Of a stretch of 64,000 nt of DNA, positions 37,901 to 51,142 are shown piece after piece. Every line of letters begins with the position of its first letter. Position 1 is the stretch's first letter. Source of the DNA: Nageia nagi (lineage: Eukaryota > Plantae > Pinophyta); contig JBITNC010000001.1 of the NCBI GenBank assembly GCA_050084985.1, positions 117,056,001 through 117,120,000 of the forward strand. Reading direction: 5' to 3'. The position numbers and the translations under genes were made by a program. The notes beneath the pieces are model-generated. The model worked only from the letters and a program-made list of their open reading frames with translations, searched no databases and was not told the origin of the DNA.

Positions 37901-39567
37901 CTACAATTTGGTGCTTAGCATGGATGAGTGTATCAGAATTCTTGCATGCATACTTGTGTCTCCTAAAGATTGTTGTACTAGAATATTTGCAGGCATTTTG
38001 TACTTAATGTGGATTTCCAAAGACAGAATGAACTCCAACAAAATATTAGAATTTTCGCATGCAACATCTCGACACCAAAGAGGAACTCCAGCAGTTGATA
38101 CAAGGACTTCATGGGCTGAATTATGGAGAAGAATTATTGAAGTTGCATTCCACCACAAAGAGCTACAGTTGATACCTACAATGGAACCAAAGGATGTTTG
38201 GAAAACAATGATTTTTGGCATTCTACAATTGCTTGAGGGCATGCAATTCGAGAGGGGAGGCTTTGTAACATTCCCTTTTGTAAAAAATAAATAATTTTGG
38301 AATCCTAAGGATTCCCTTTTTCCGTTGGACCCACTTTGTGAGCCCCATGAGGAATGTTTTACTCCCAAGCTAGGATGTGTTATGTAATTTGTCATTTCAT
38401 GCACTTGGAGATCCTAAAGATGATTGTGGGAATCCCAAGGCTTGTATAGCACCTAGATGACACTTGAGCATGGACAAACACCTATTTGCCCCAATATTGG
38501 ATTTGGGAGCACTTGTACACATGCGCTAGCCTTGGGGAGACTCCTAGACCCTAACGTTGGCCCATGATGACTCCCTAGCACCCACGCATGACTCCTAGAC
38601 CCACGTGGCACCTTAGACCCCCACGTTGGCATTTATGGCCTTTAGGTACCCACGTTGGGCATGCTTGATCCCTAGGCACCCACATTGGAGATCTTGGGCC
38701 TCCAAGAGGCTAACGTTGAGATTGGGGAGGTTGGAGATGACTCCATTGGGGATGACTCCAAGGTGAGATACAGATCCAATTATGAGCTATATAAGGCTAA
38801 GGAGGCTCATTGATGAGATATTTTTGATTTTATATTGAAACCGTTCTCTTCAGAGTTACCAAAGACTTGGCGATGTCAAGCACCCTTGAGCTCAGCACAC
38901 AAGGAGAGTTCAGGAGGCGTTGAACACCTTTTGTCTTACGGTTGAGGTGAGTGTTTGTGTTGTGAGGTTGCCCTACCCTGTGGTGTCCACAAGCGATCTG
39001 CACCTTTGAATCCATCTGATGGCATTCCAAAATCACATCTGTTCTCTTCATTGGGAGCTAGCCTGTGAGGGAGCCCTTCAGTGTGGCATCCACAGAATTG
39101 GTAATGTGTGATTGTTCCACAGCAGTTTCAGGATTTATCTCAGCATACTATATGCCCTAGTTGGCTCCTTGGAGGCCAACATTGAGCCCTATTGGACTTG
39201 TTTGGTATTCTACTCTTCAATCATCATTAATCGAAGCCGTGGCATACTTGGATCTCACTTCTTGTCTCAATATTTGATGTTCATGCTTCCTTATTTGCAA
39301 CATCAAGCTATTTTTGTATGTACATGCTTGTATGGTGAATCATTGGCATTCTTGGATGTGTTTTGCATAATATATGAGTCCCCAAGTGCGACGTTGGGGT
39401 ATAGGAATGGAATTGAGCTAGTGAAGTGCATCATTTGGCTTCCTGGCTTGTTGATACTCATGTTTGATGCCCTAGTGTAGTTTGTGGCATGCCTAGGAGC
39501 ATTATATGATACTGATTTTGCATTTGCTTGGCTAACTTGTGCGTTGAGCATATTTGGGAATATTACA
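34998..39567 (+). mobile_element. Non-autonomous Ty3 element (family A): partial 5' LTR to 35453, PBS 35455-35466, gag and aspartic protease, 39-bp repeats, PPT, 3' LTR 38264-39567
   Basis: tggtatcagagc; HFEGDALEWW, FHCKEPWKPGHRC, VLIDPGATHNFI; gagaggggaggctt-TGTAACA; 34998-35453 closely matches 39117-39567; no RT, RNase H or integrase motifs. Confidence 0.88.
37500..37805. repeat. 39-bp tandem repeat (~8 units)
   Basis: tggcaccc(c/a)acgttggac...gaaggc units; same family as 11330-11825. Confidence 0.8.
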
Positions 39568-40233
39568 ATATTCCAGCTCAGATCTGGGGGTTAGAGACCC
39601 TAGCAGTGTGACGCCAGCCTTCTTGGTGCAATTGTGATTTGTAGCATACTAGATCTGGTCCCTTGAGCCAGACGTCCAGGCCTTTGCGCTATTGTTGCTA
39701 CGTTTATGGTCTTGTAGTGAGACGTTCAGCCTTAGGGCATAATTGGACGATTTTTGTGGCATTGTACTAGCATCATTGGAGCAATATATTTCATATCTGA
39801 TTTTGTTGGTGCAGAAATAAATTTGTTTGTATTTGGAATTGACAAGTTTGAGCAAAATCTTTTTCCTAATTTGGGACATTCCAAAGTTTTAAGCAGATAC
39901 AGAAACAGTGTACATTTCATTAGAGACCAAATACCATGCTGCAACTGACCTGATCCTGAAGACTGCAAGTTGGTCCATTTTCTTGCATATTTTAATGTAA
40001 TGATGACACGCTCACCATCATGTCCAAACATTTTTTGTGCACCCATTGATCAAGAATTATAGTTTCTTATATATGACATAGCTTGTAAGAATTTAAGTAC
40101 ATGAAAACTCTCGACCTTGAACAGGGTTGAAAACTCCAGACTAAAACTCTACAAATTCCCAAACAAAAGGAAAACTGAAACAGAACCTGCAATTCCGGCC
40201 AAACTATTCAGAAAGGCAGATATCATTGCATAC

Positions 40234-40314
40234 CAAGATAGATGGATCAAAAGGTGCTTGCCCAGCCCTCCAAGCAGCATCCAAGTATGTTCTCAATGAC
40301 ATGCCAACAAAGAC
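40234..40314 (-). CDS. RNJ: Ribonuclease J internal exon D (27 aa)
   Basis: ggcag|[27 protein letters not shown]|gtatg; follows exon C after a 208-nt intron. Confidence 0.93.
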
Positions 40315-40522
40315 CTGCCCAGTTGGAAGACAAATTAATGCAATGTGATAGATATTGAAATATAATATCATATGTAATTGATGCAATTCTACTTAATCTA
40401 CTGGGTATTTTCAAGAATATTCAGAATACCAGCCATTCCTGTTATTATTAATAGCATTTCTTAAATTGTCTCCAGCATATGCCCAGAACATGATCACAGC
40501 ATCAAAATCTGTGACCTCTTAC

Positions 40523-40705
40523 CAGCTTTCGGCCAGTAAGTTCAGCTGCTGCTTTCACACTTCCAAGACGATGAACATTGGAGGCAAACTGTGTAGTTAT
40601 AACTCTTCCCTTCGCAGATGCAACACGCCTTAGCAAACCCTCTGCCACATCAGTTTCACTGATAGTTCTTCCAGGAGAAAGAACATTGGTGGAGTCGCTC
40701 ATCAT
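40523..40705 (-). CDS. RNJ: Ribonuclease J internal exon C (61 aa)
   Basis: gacag|[17 protein letters not shown]...[30 protein letters not shown]|gtaag; SDSTN and FASNVHR motifs. Confidence 0.95.
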
Positions 40706-43700
40706 CTGTCATCATAACTACGTTTCAAAACTAGAAAATAAAGAAGATTTTTTTTATTTTTTTAATTCAAGATTAACAATCAGAAGTTTCTTGTCAATGA
40801 ATATGTATATACCTCAAGAAAATACAGAATACATAATTCAACAATCAGTAAAAGGAATTCCTTTCCAAAATATCTAATTGTCAAATATTATCTTTGTGAG
40901 GCTAGGACTACATCAAGCAGATCACCATCCATCAGTAAAAAGCAAATCTAAAACAACACTATAATTTTACATAGAATTCCTTCCTCTTTTACAGCTACCA
41001 GAATAAGACTTTAAGTTTGGAATCATGAATAGGTGGAGGTATTTGAAAGTGCCTTCTATAAAGAGATTATTCAGCTGCCATTGCTGAAAATGGTGCCCAA
41101 AACAATTTGTGATGTACGCCCTCTTCCGTTGGATCCATTGGGAATCTATGTTGTAAAAACCTTTGAGATATTCCTAAACCAAACACTATCATCTATTCCA
41201 GACTCATTTTAAGGAGTTTCAGTATCCGAAATGGAGGTGCCACAGGAGTTTCCTTCAGCATGGATCAGCTGTCACTTCTCGCAAAAGATAAAAATTAAGT
41301 AAATACATTTGAAACCACCATCAAGAGAATATTGGGGAAAATAAGGACATCGCCGGAAAAAAAAATTTAATTTGTCTTAATTCTTACATACCGAACAGTC
41401 TGAATCTTATTTTATTTTTCTTCCTTTCTCATTATCAAGATGAAGAAAACAAGAATACCTTTTATCAATCCTTCTTCTAACAGACAAGACAACTCTACCA
41501 AAAAGTATAACAAGCTACCCATTGATAATATTTGTAAACGCATAGATGAGATAGAGGAATTGTCTGAAAATTGCCCAACAAAATTACAATTGACTACTAC
41601 TATCAGGATTATGGAGCAGCCAGATGACCTTATATTTCTGCAAAGCAGACCTGCCAAAGCAATACGTACTACACATATTTCTGTCAATGCCCCCCTCACT
41701 ACGAAGGTGTTTGAACGTTGAACCTCTTAGTTCAGAGTCATTTTTCATTTATTGTTGCAGGTGATGTATCTTCAACCATTAACATTGGTCTTTATCAACA
41801 GTGTTCTCTTCAACAGAAGCTATTTTGTCTGTGAATTTCCTCTAGATTAAATGGTTTTGCCTCCACAGAAAAAAGAAAATTCAGATATTTCAACTTTGAT
41901 TCTTTGTACTCAAAAATAACTATTGCTAGAAGTCATAATGAACTGATCCATGTAGCTGCAAATGTGCTACCTTTGTCAAAATTATCTGCAGCATCCAATT
42001 TCTGCAACTCCTTTTTGACTTGACCAGACCATCCTTCTTTTACCTCTTAATTATTCTAACTTCTGCTTTATCTAGACATATTCTTTTCCTGTTTACTTTA
42101 TTTTCAATCAGTGTCCCACTTTCTTTTCCTCTTTATCTCCAGTTATCATATCTTCATCTTTTTGTTTTCATAATCTTGGTTCTCATCCTAAGCTTTCTTG
42201 ACTTTGCTGTTTTCCTTTTTCTTGTTTACATCCTTATCCTTTCTCAATCCCATCCTTTGATTCGTATATTGATTCTTTAAGCTGCTTTTCATATAATGGT
42301 TCACGTCCTGAACATATATCACTTCTACTGCGTCTGTTGTTTTGACAACTACGAAGATCATTCAACAGAGATAATAACTCTTCCTATCATGTAATGACTC
42401 TTTCTAGCCCAGCAAAAAGGGTGCTCAAGTGACTCAAAATAATTTTCAATCATCCTTCAAAAGCATTAGTACATGCCTTTTTACTGTTCTTATTTGGCCA
42501 CTATAAACATTTAAAATTAAATTTTAACTATTTAAAAATGAAATTATTTAAGTGATTTATTTTATTTATGCAAAATGTTAATTTGGACCCGCTTTGAGTA
42601 AATCAAGGTTAATTTCAGTAAATTTATCTAAATCAAAAATCTCTTATTTTCACATTGTTTCCACCTAGCTGAACTAAAAATCTAATTTGTGAAGCTTTTG
42701 TAAAGGATCCCAAATACTCATTTCAAACATGACAAGGAAAAATAATGATTAATCATCATGAATTGTCATTATCAAAGGTCATAAGGAAAAAGCAAAGAAT
42801 ATCGTAATATCATCCTCTATTCTCGCAATTAAATTTCAGGAACATACAAGGAGCCAAAACATGCCTCCCAAAAGAAACACAACCTCTGTTATCGCATGCA
42901 CTTTTATTGAGATCATGTTGCACCAGGAAGGTGTTGCATCGCTCATCAAACGAGGCCTGGGCTTTAGAATACCACATGTTGCTAGGAACAACAAATTCAC
43001 CAAGAAAGGAAATGTGATTTACATTGTTAATTGCAACATCCAAAGAGGAATTGAAAGAATTCACAGTTGATTTGATTTCTGCAACATGATTAGATGATGC
43101 CTTCTCCATCGCCTCAATATAAGCATTAAGAAAAGCTTTGTTGGCGTCAAGCTGAATGGAATCAACCTTTGAGGTTAAAATAACATGTCCCTCTGCATCA
43201 TTTATAGAGATCTTTGGTGGTTTAACCATAAGGTTATTTGGAAGCCCACCAATATCTCAAAAATGAATGAGTTTTTTGAGAAATTCGACATAGCTTTCCG
43301 CTTGCAAATGGTAGCATTTAAACTCTTTGACTACAGAACAAATCAATGCTGCAATGGAGGTTGGGTATTTACCAAATGTTGCATCATCAAAAGGAGCATG
43401 ATCTGAACAATTTTCATCACAAGGAGGGATGTCCATGAGTTGCACGCCTTAAAAATGTGCACTACATTGAGATCCATTGGTGCCAAGCCAAGATCTACTG
43501 TTTTTGGGCTAAAATCCTCCCATGTGTGAAGTTTGGGCACCATTTGGTTGAAATTCTCCATCGCACAAGGTTTGGGTGGTGTGAGAGAAACAATGCATAG
43601 CTTGCCCTCCATCGCTTGAACACTGAGCCTCGTGGGACAAGTCGTGCGCAGCATGGACGTTGTTTTGTGCATGGCCATGAAGATCTGCGTCAACATGGTA

Positions 43701-45630
43701 AGCGTTGTGTGGACAGTCAACATGGTGAACATCGTCATGGTGAAAAGGAGTTTGTTGGGCAGCACCATGTCATAGATCTCCCCTCTAGACAATGTCACCA
43801 TGAAGATCTCTATGTTGGGCAGATCCATTGTTCAAATCTGCTTGATTGGAGGCATATGATCTCTGCAATTCCCGAAGGCGAGCATGAGATTATAGATCTA
43901 AGCAAAAAGCCCACCAAATCTCTTCGCATTTAGCTATTCGATATGGCATAGTTGTTCATCATGCTCTTCAAAGCAGCCAAAATTTGTTTCTTCAACAATA
44001 CAGAAGCGATCTTGAAAGAGATGAAGTCACTTGTCAATTAATTTTAGGGCATCAAGAGTAGCTATGGTGGCACGTCGCATATCAATGGGATGACATGTAT
44101 ACTCTTCTTGAGTATTTCCTCCGCAAACAACTATATATCAGAAGGAGCACTAAAGATCGCTTTGGAAGGAACATTTTTGTTGGAAGGAGTAGCAAAGACA
44201 TGAGAATCAGTGGATTGTGATTGATCAACAGTGGCCATCATGAAGAAAAATAGAAAATTTTAGGGTTTATACTTTTGAAAAAAAATTGGAATATCACGGG
44301 CTACTTCTGCGATCAATCAAAATCTTGAAAAAACTATGAAAAAGAAAGACAAAGATCATATAAAGTAGTAAACTGTTTCCACTAGAGATAGGAAACATAC
44401 ATGTTCTCATTTCTGCCCAAAGTCGATTTCCTCTAATCAAGACTCATCAATTGGACTTGATAAAAAGCTACAAATGATGTTCGTATAAACCCTAAAAAAA
44501 ATTTAAAAGTATAAACGTGAAAATTTGAAAACTATAAACCCAAAAAAAAAATTTAATTTGTTTTAAAAGTATAAACCCTAAAATGTTTTTAAAACAATAA
44601 ACCCTTAAATTTCTGGCGATCATCGTGAGAGCCAACACTTGTTCTTCACACTCCAAGTGGAACTCGAGCCTCATCAAGTGTCTTCTCTCATCACTTCTTT
44701 TTATGTCATTTCACCTCTCATCAAGTTAATATCCAACCATGGTTGTTGAATGACATATTTTGCATTGCAAAAGCTAGAGCTCATGCTTCACACGCTAGGG
44801 TGGAAATTGATCCCCAAACATTCTCAAAATGTTTGGGTCCCCCATCACATTCATCCATTACACTTATAAGCACATATTCACTTCATCCCAAAACATCAAA
44901 ATCACCTTTAAAACCACATTCAAAAATGCATTTCCGCCTCACTAAACTCTCAAGAAGCATCACACTCAACGTTTGCAAATGAGCAAATGACACTTGCCCT
45001 TTTCTTTTTAATTGCCTTGCTCAAAGTGTCACATTTTTGCTAGGGGTTTCTTCTAGGAGCACCATGCTCCTAAGCATTGCGCTCTTCTTAGGGTTTTCAA
45101 TTTCTCTTCAATTTGCATTTCTTTTTCCTTGCTTTTTCAAATGTCTTATCATCTCATCTTTCATCCCCACTAACTCCTCATTTGAGGGGTAAATCATCTA
45201 TCCCTCGTCATAACTTGGGGCATCACTTCATCAAACATTTTCACTCCCTAATTATGGAAGTGCATTTTTTTCAAGATCAAGCTTTAGACTATAATTAGCC
45301 CTTTCTTTGTTGGGGCAAAAACAGAAATTCCTCTTAGTAATTTACTTCAAATGGAGCCAGGTCTCTATACTTTGTGGCAAACCGACATACGCTTGCAATA
45401 CAACATTGTTGGTTCCAAGTCATTTTGAAGTCAATCATTGCGCTCAAAATGTTGTTTGAAACTTTAATCCGTGAAATCACCAACTCCCTTGATTGGGGCA
45501 ATTCTCTATCATCATCAGTTAAATGTACCTCTTCTTTCTTCTTTCATCTTCATCAATCACTTGTGTCTCTCAAATCGTTTTCGTGTTGCACCTTGCCTTA
45601 GTTGCAAAACGCATCACAAAAAGGGACAAG

Positions 45631-47900
45631 TGTAGACACCTAAAAATGACACATTTTAACATTTGAAACATTATTTCATCACTAATTGCATTATTTTTTC
45701 CTAATCAAGCTTAAAACATGCTTTTAACACCCCTCAAATTGTGATTTATCCGCTTTGTAACTGTCAACCGTAATTATTTAATCTCCAAAGAGATCTGGTG
45801 CATTAATTACATTTGATTGGACAATGCTTAGGCTCGATTTGTGCCTTAGCGCGGTGCTTCAATCTCAATCGTCCACGTGTGCGGTGCAAATGCATCAGAG
45901 ATTACAAATTATTCAATACACCCTTGCTTGCACAAAACATGAAAGACCTCGATCATCCTCAAACTCAGAAAAAGTACCAACTAAATCAAGGTGTTGTCGT
46001 CTCCTTTGGTTCTCCACCTCTTAAGTCCAACTTAATCCATGGTGGAATTGATTCAGCCACAGTTTCCTCCCAAGCCAGTAGCAATATCAACCTTGATATC
46101 ACATCACCCCTCAACTTCATATTTCCTTAAACGTATTTCAAAGAGAAATGTGGTTGGAAGGGCTTCGGCCTAGGCAAATATGGGCATAGAACCAGCTATC
46201 CTCTAAAAGTCACCCACAAACTTCCTAAAGACATGACTGGACTTGGATATCAAACATCCTCGTTTTCAGAATAACCCCTAATTGGACAAAACAGCCATCT
46301 TCTTCCTCATAAATTGAAGAAGACATTGCAAAATCTAACACTAACATTTTAGTAACACTTGATCTGTTTGATGAGAATTTGTTTGATGATAGAGATTTTT
46401 ATCTTCCCATTGAGGGAATTGTGACATCGATCTCTTTGTATTCACATAAAGCTGATAGCAGCAGTACATCACATTACTCAATCAATATGGTCGATAGAGT
46501 TGTGGTTGTCAGAAGTCGTTTGACCACTCCACATAGATATCAAGGATATTCTTACCACAAAGCGATAGCCAGGATTCCTCTTGACCACTTCCAAAATGAG
46601 GAATCTTTGTTGACACTCTTAGGCACACGTACACATATGCCTTTAGAGGATCATCGCAGACAATCAATACACATGTTGAATTGAGAGGCATACTTCAAGG
46701 AAATTGAAACAAATGATTATCAGGATAGCATGGAAAGTTGGTCATGTTCTCAATTTGAAGATCAATCTCCTATGCTAAATCAAAGAACATCTGAAATCAA
46801 ACTCGGATTTCTCGAACAACCAAGGATAGTGCAAAGAACTCATTGTGGCCATCTTTAGAAATTACTCTCAAGTTTCAGCATGGTCTTACACAAACATGCC
46901 TGAAAATAGACCTAAGCATTGTGGTTCACAACATTGTCACTAGGAAAGATGCTAAACCATACAAGCAAAAACAAAAAAAGATGCATCCCAAGATTGCTTT
47001 GCTTGTCAAAGAAGAATTGCAAAAATTGCTTGAAGTAGGATTCATACAACCCATTGATTATTCGTAATGGATCTCCAATATACTTCCTGTGGTCAAATCA
47101 ATATAGTCCTTGTCACACCTCAAGGGTCTCCTCTCCCTCTACCTTTCAAATTAGATGTTGAGTGCACCAATACTATGGCAGAATATGAAGCACTCATCCT
47201 AGGCTTGCAAACAGATATCTCATTGAATATCAAAACCTTGCACCTCTATGGCAACTCCTGGCTTGTCGTCAATCAAGTCAATGGCTCCTATTAGTGCAAA
47301 AATGAGGTCCTCAAGAAATACAAATTTTTGGTTGATGAGCTCCTCAAAAGCTTCAAATGCTATCACATTGAATCAACTCCAAGATCAACCAATAAGTTTG
47401 TAGATACAATGGCTTCCTTGGTGTCTTTCACTCCATCTACACCTAAAGAGGAGGAAATCTATGTCGTCATCCACAAATTGCATCAACCATCCTTCGAGCA
47501 TCAGAATCTTCATCAATCAATGTTGTCAAGCATGAGTACTTTCCTACATGGTACACACAAATCTATGACTATCTGAATGAAGGACTCTTTCCATATGGAA
47601 TCAACAAAAACAAGAGGAGCTTCCAACAAAAAGCCACATGCTTCGTCATAATTGGGGGAATCCTTTATTGTCGCAATTTTGATGGGGTCCTTCTTTGTTG
47701 CCTTTGTAGTCTTGAAACTTAAACAACGATCCAAGAAGCACATGACGGCTTCTATGGGGGGCATTTCAATGTCATAGCAACTTCAAAAAGGCTCCTGCGC
47801 ATGGGCTATTATTGGCCTAAACTAGAAAAAGATTGTTGCGAGTATGTCAAAAAATGCTTCCCATGCTAGCAACATTCCAACAAGATCTAGGCATAATGTC
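45631..47900 (+). mobile_element. Heavily deleted Tat/Ogre-type Ty3 remnant (LTR start, G-patch, RT start, additional RNase H, integrase Zn region)
   Basis: aaaaagggacaag-TGTAGACAC; GWKGFGLGKYG (~46150); PYKQKQKKMHPKIALLVKEELQKLLEVGFI; CTNTMAEYEALILGL...GNSWLVVNQVNG; MGYYWPKLEKDC..YVKKC. Confidence 0.8.
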
Positions 47901-48052
47901 CCCATTTTGATATCACAATGTATTGATTGGGCTTCACGGAATGGGATACCCCTCTCAAGGAGCCCTAGGGAGTGATTTTTCATGGTTGGGAGTGGTTTAT
48001 AGTAAAATAGGAGTTTTCTTGATATCTTGGGCATTATCAAATGTCATTTTTA

Positions 48053-49150
48053 ATGTAATAATATGTAACTGTCAATCCCAAAGTGGAGCACCCCATTTGG
48101 CATTGTATTTTTGCATTTTCAAAGTAGGAAAAGAGCATTCAAGGAAGTCAGCCATAGTATTCATGTTTTTCTCCCAATGAAAGTTGGCCATGTCAAGGAG
48201 GCATGCTCATTTGTGTATTTATACTTGGAGGAGCTCAGTTGGAAAGGTATCATTTGAGCATCTTTTTTTCTTTGAGGAGCAGCTAGATCAACTATTATCT
48301 CACTCTTGTGAATGAAAACCCACATGGGAGACCTTGGGGACAAAAATCCCCTTGGTTTTGGAGCACTTAGGGACGAAAATCCCCTTGGTTTCCCTAAGTC
48401 ATTCATTGGAGGATCCATCTAGGGCTTCATTGATACTTCAGCATTCGAGATTGCGCATTTGAAGAGTCTTGGAGTGGAGCACCCATCTTTAGGAGGCATC
48501 TTGGTGCATCTTTCACCCTTCTTCAGCCTTCCAAGTGCTTCGCCTAGCCATGGAGAGCCAAGGGCATATTTTTGAGTATCTTCATACACTTATTTCAGCC
48601 CCTAGGTGGTTTGCCCACTTTCTAGGGTGCCCTACTTGGTCATTTGATATTCATATTTGTTTGTTATGGTGGATGAAGTTGATTGATACTCAATTTTGAT
48701 TTGGTGGCACATGTGCATGCATTTTCAGTATTTGTTTCAGATCTGAAATTAGGGCATAATTTGTTTAAATCTGAAATGTTGATGCATGAAGATATATGAA
48801 CTTGAAGTGGCTTAGTGAATGAAATTGGTAACTAGCGGCATCATTTGGCAAATCTGAAATTTAAGAAAATAATTCATGTTTTTTCCTAGTTTGGCTCATT
48901 ACAGTAGTATCAGAGCCTATATCTTGCCAGCCTGTGAGGAGAATTTGATAGCGCCAAGAGTAAATCAAAATCTGTGTAGAGATAGTTGAAGACATGAATC
49001 GGCATGAGGAGAGAAAGAAATCCGCAAACCCTAGCTCAAGGGTTAAAAAGAAATTTGAAGGCACAATGAAGGGTATTCAGAAAGGTCAGGACCGAATGAA
49101 TAGTCTTTTGAAGCAATTAATCCGCATGCAAACGGCCCAAACAGTTAAAA
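48053..49150 (+). mobile_element. LTR 3' part (ends 48903), degenerate PBS and start of an internal region; left boundary uncertain
   Basis: ggctcattaca-g-tagtatcagagc (48905-48916); short gag-leader-like ORF from 48994. Confidence 0.55.
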
Positions 49151-49464
49151 TGGCCAAAGGAGAGTATATTTTAAAAAAGTATGCAGACAAATGTATGCCC
49201 TATCAGGTGGCCTCATTTGTTAGTGATGTAACAGCTTTAAGAGCAATAATTTGAACTTCCAATGCAAGAAACCTCTTTTTTTTCAAAATTTCCTTGTATC
49301 ACAGATTCGCAAGGACATTCTATTCAAATATGTCATGAACTCAACAATTAAAATAAAAGTTGCAGGGAATCATATAATAACTGTTAAAACCGAAAGCACA
49401 AAAAAAGAAAATTCAATTTAATATTTAAATTCCACTATGAACAACACAAGAAGATTTGGCTCAC

Positions 49465-49542
49465 CAGTGTGACACCTTCCTTTGCAAGATCCTCTAGAGC
49501 CACCCGATCAAAAGCTTTTCCATCTACCGGTGACTCATCAAT
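49465..49542 (-). CDS. RNJ: Ribonuclease J internal exon B (26 aa)
   Basis: ttaacag|[26 protein letters not shown]|gtgag; continues exon A after a 101-nt intron; too short for the ORF track. Confidence 0.93.
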
Positions 49543-49643
49543 CTGTTAAAACGCATACTTAAATAGCTTAGCTTAGCTTGGAATCAAATTAGTTTGAATG
49601 TTTGTATGTCAGATCATTTGCTAGCGCAGAGTTCTGCATGTAC

Positions 49644-49835
49644 CTTCCAATCTCCAGTATGAAAAATTGTTCCATCTTTGCATCTAAGCACCAACCCACA
49701 ACAATCTGGGATAGAATGTGTGACACGAATGGGTTCTATCTCAAATGGCCCTGCACGGAACCTCTCTCTCATTTTAAACAGTTTAAGTCTTCCCTGAATT
49801 GCGATACTAAATTCTTTTAACCGCCTCTCTATGAG
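49644..49835 (-). CDS. RNJ: Ribonuclease J (plastid, metallo-beta-lactamase/beta-CASP), internal exon A (64 aa)
   Basis: tggcag|LIERRLKEF...[36 protein letters not shown]|gtac; the THSIPD and HTGDWK motifs are diagnostic of RNase J; phase 0 at both ends. Confidence 0.95.
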
Positions 49836-51142
49836 CTGCCAATAAGTGACATCCCACACATCCCTGTTTAGTCAGTCTTGTAGAAGTTCACCATATGACA
49901 TGTTATCAGATATAACGGAAACTTGCAATACTATGCCAGAAACTTTTCCTTATATATTAATTCCGAAAATAGCATTATATAGCTGGACATTACAAAAGCA
50001 GTTCAGTGACGCTCTTGAAACTATATAGCTGCCAAGGGAAGAAAATAGCTTTTATATCCAGTGTCAGAACACTCCGAACAAAAATGCAACAATATCCACT
50101 CTTCCTACAAAAATACAAGCAGTATCCATATGATAAGTACAATTATTTACATTGCAATGCATACCTCCATTGCAAATGATGATGAGTAAACTGGAGTATG
50201 TGAATCCAATGCTGGAATAACCTACTCCAAAAAATAACAATATCATGGTAAATAGTAAGTACATTGGCAACTTCTTAATGAAAAATGCCAGAGAGGGAAA
50301 AAGTGCAAATATTCTACTTATTATGCTAACCTTAGGAAATTATTTATCAATGAAAAATTACATCTAGACAACAAAACATGAAATGGCTGCTTAATAAAAC
50401 AGACAACTTAGAACCACTAAGAGGAAAAGGATATCAGATACCATGTGTACAGCCACTTCTCTTTTCTTTCAAAAATCGTCAAAGTTTATAAAAGATGTAA
50501 CAAATAAGGACCCTCTTTTAACAAGTGTGCATCACTTAAGTTTCTATTTAAAATTTTAAGAAACTATTTTCTCCAATTTATAGGGTTGAAAAAACATGTC
50601 GAAAAATGACCAATAGTTTCTGTTATAACTGCATTTTTCAGCATAAGTCTATCATGAAAATCTATGCAAATTAAAAAAGGAGCTCCACAAGAGAGAATAA
50701 ATGTAAAATGAATGTACAAGTGTTCACCTAAGCCTGAAACAGACAATATAAAGTGTCAAAGAAAGCACTTGAAATATCAGAGATTGAAGTCATTCACTTA
50801 CTCCTCTAACCCAAAAGAAACAAGCTAAAAACTAAAAAGCTCATTTGGAAAGACTACAATTACCTATTCAAGTTTTAGTGACATTACCAAGTATGTTATG
50901 CAGTGAGGTTGATGTTTCCAGATGTACCCAAAATCCAACAAGTCATGGGGCTGCATATACATATTTGAAGTAAAATAATGATGTAGACACTTAAATTTGC
51001 ATTTGACTATTTAAAATGTATTTATTCAAGTGTTCTATTTGATTTTTGTTAAGTGTTATTTTTGACCCACTTGGGGTTATTTTAAAATAACTCAAGTGGT
51101 ATCTTCTACTTTAGCATTATCTTTTGTGCACATTGTTCTATG

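Larger units (their letters stand above)
29211..39883 (+). mobile_element. Ty3 element (family C) hosting nested insertions: 5' LTR 29211-29973, PBS 29975-29986, gag-like start, 3' LTR remnant 39568-39883
   Basis: ttgggacattaca-a-tggtattagagc (tRNA-Met PBS); 39568-39883 repeats ~29705-29973; candidate TSD aattt/aagtt. Confidence 0.65.

Noticed and set aside
40900-42380. Possible decayed LINE fragments (also 28560-29200 and 39890-40080)
   Set aside because: Composition is suggestive but I could not read endonuclease or RT motifs, a polyA tail or a TSD
42390-48903. One LTR (tgtaatgac...ctcattaca) split by the Tat remnant
   Set aside because: The ends are compatible inverted termini, but no rejoining junction or TSD could be shown
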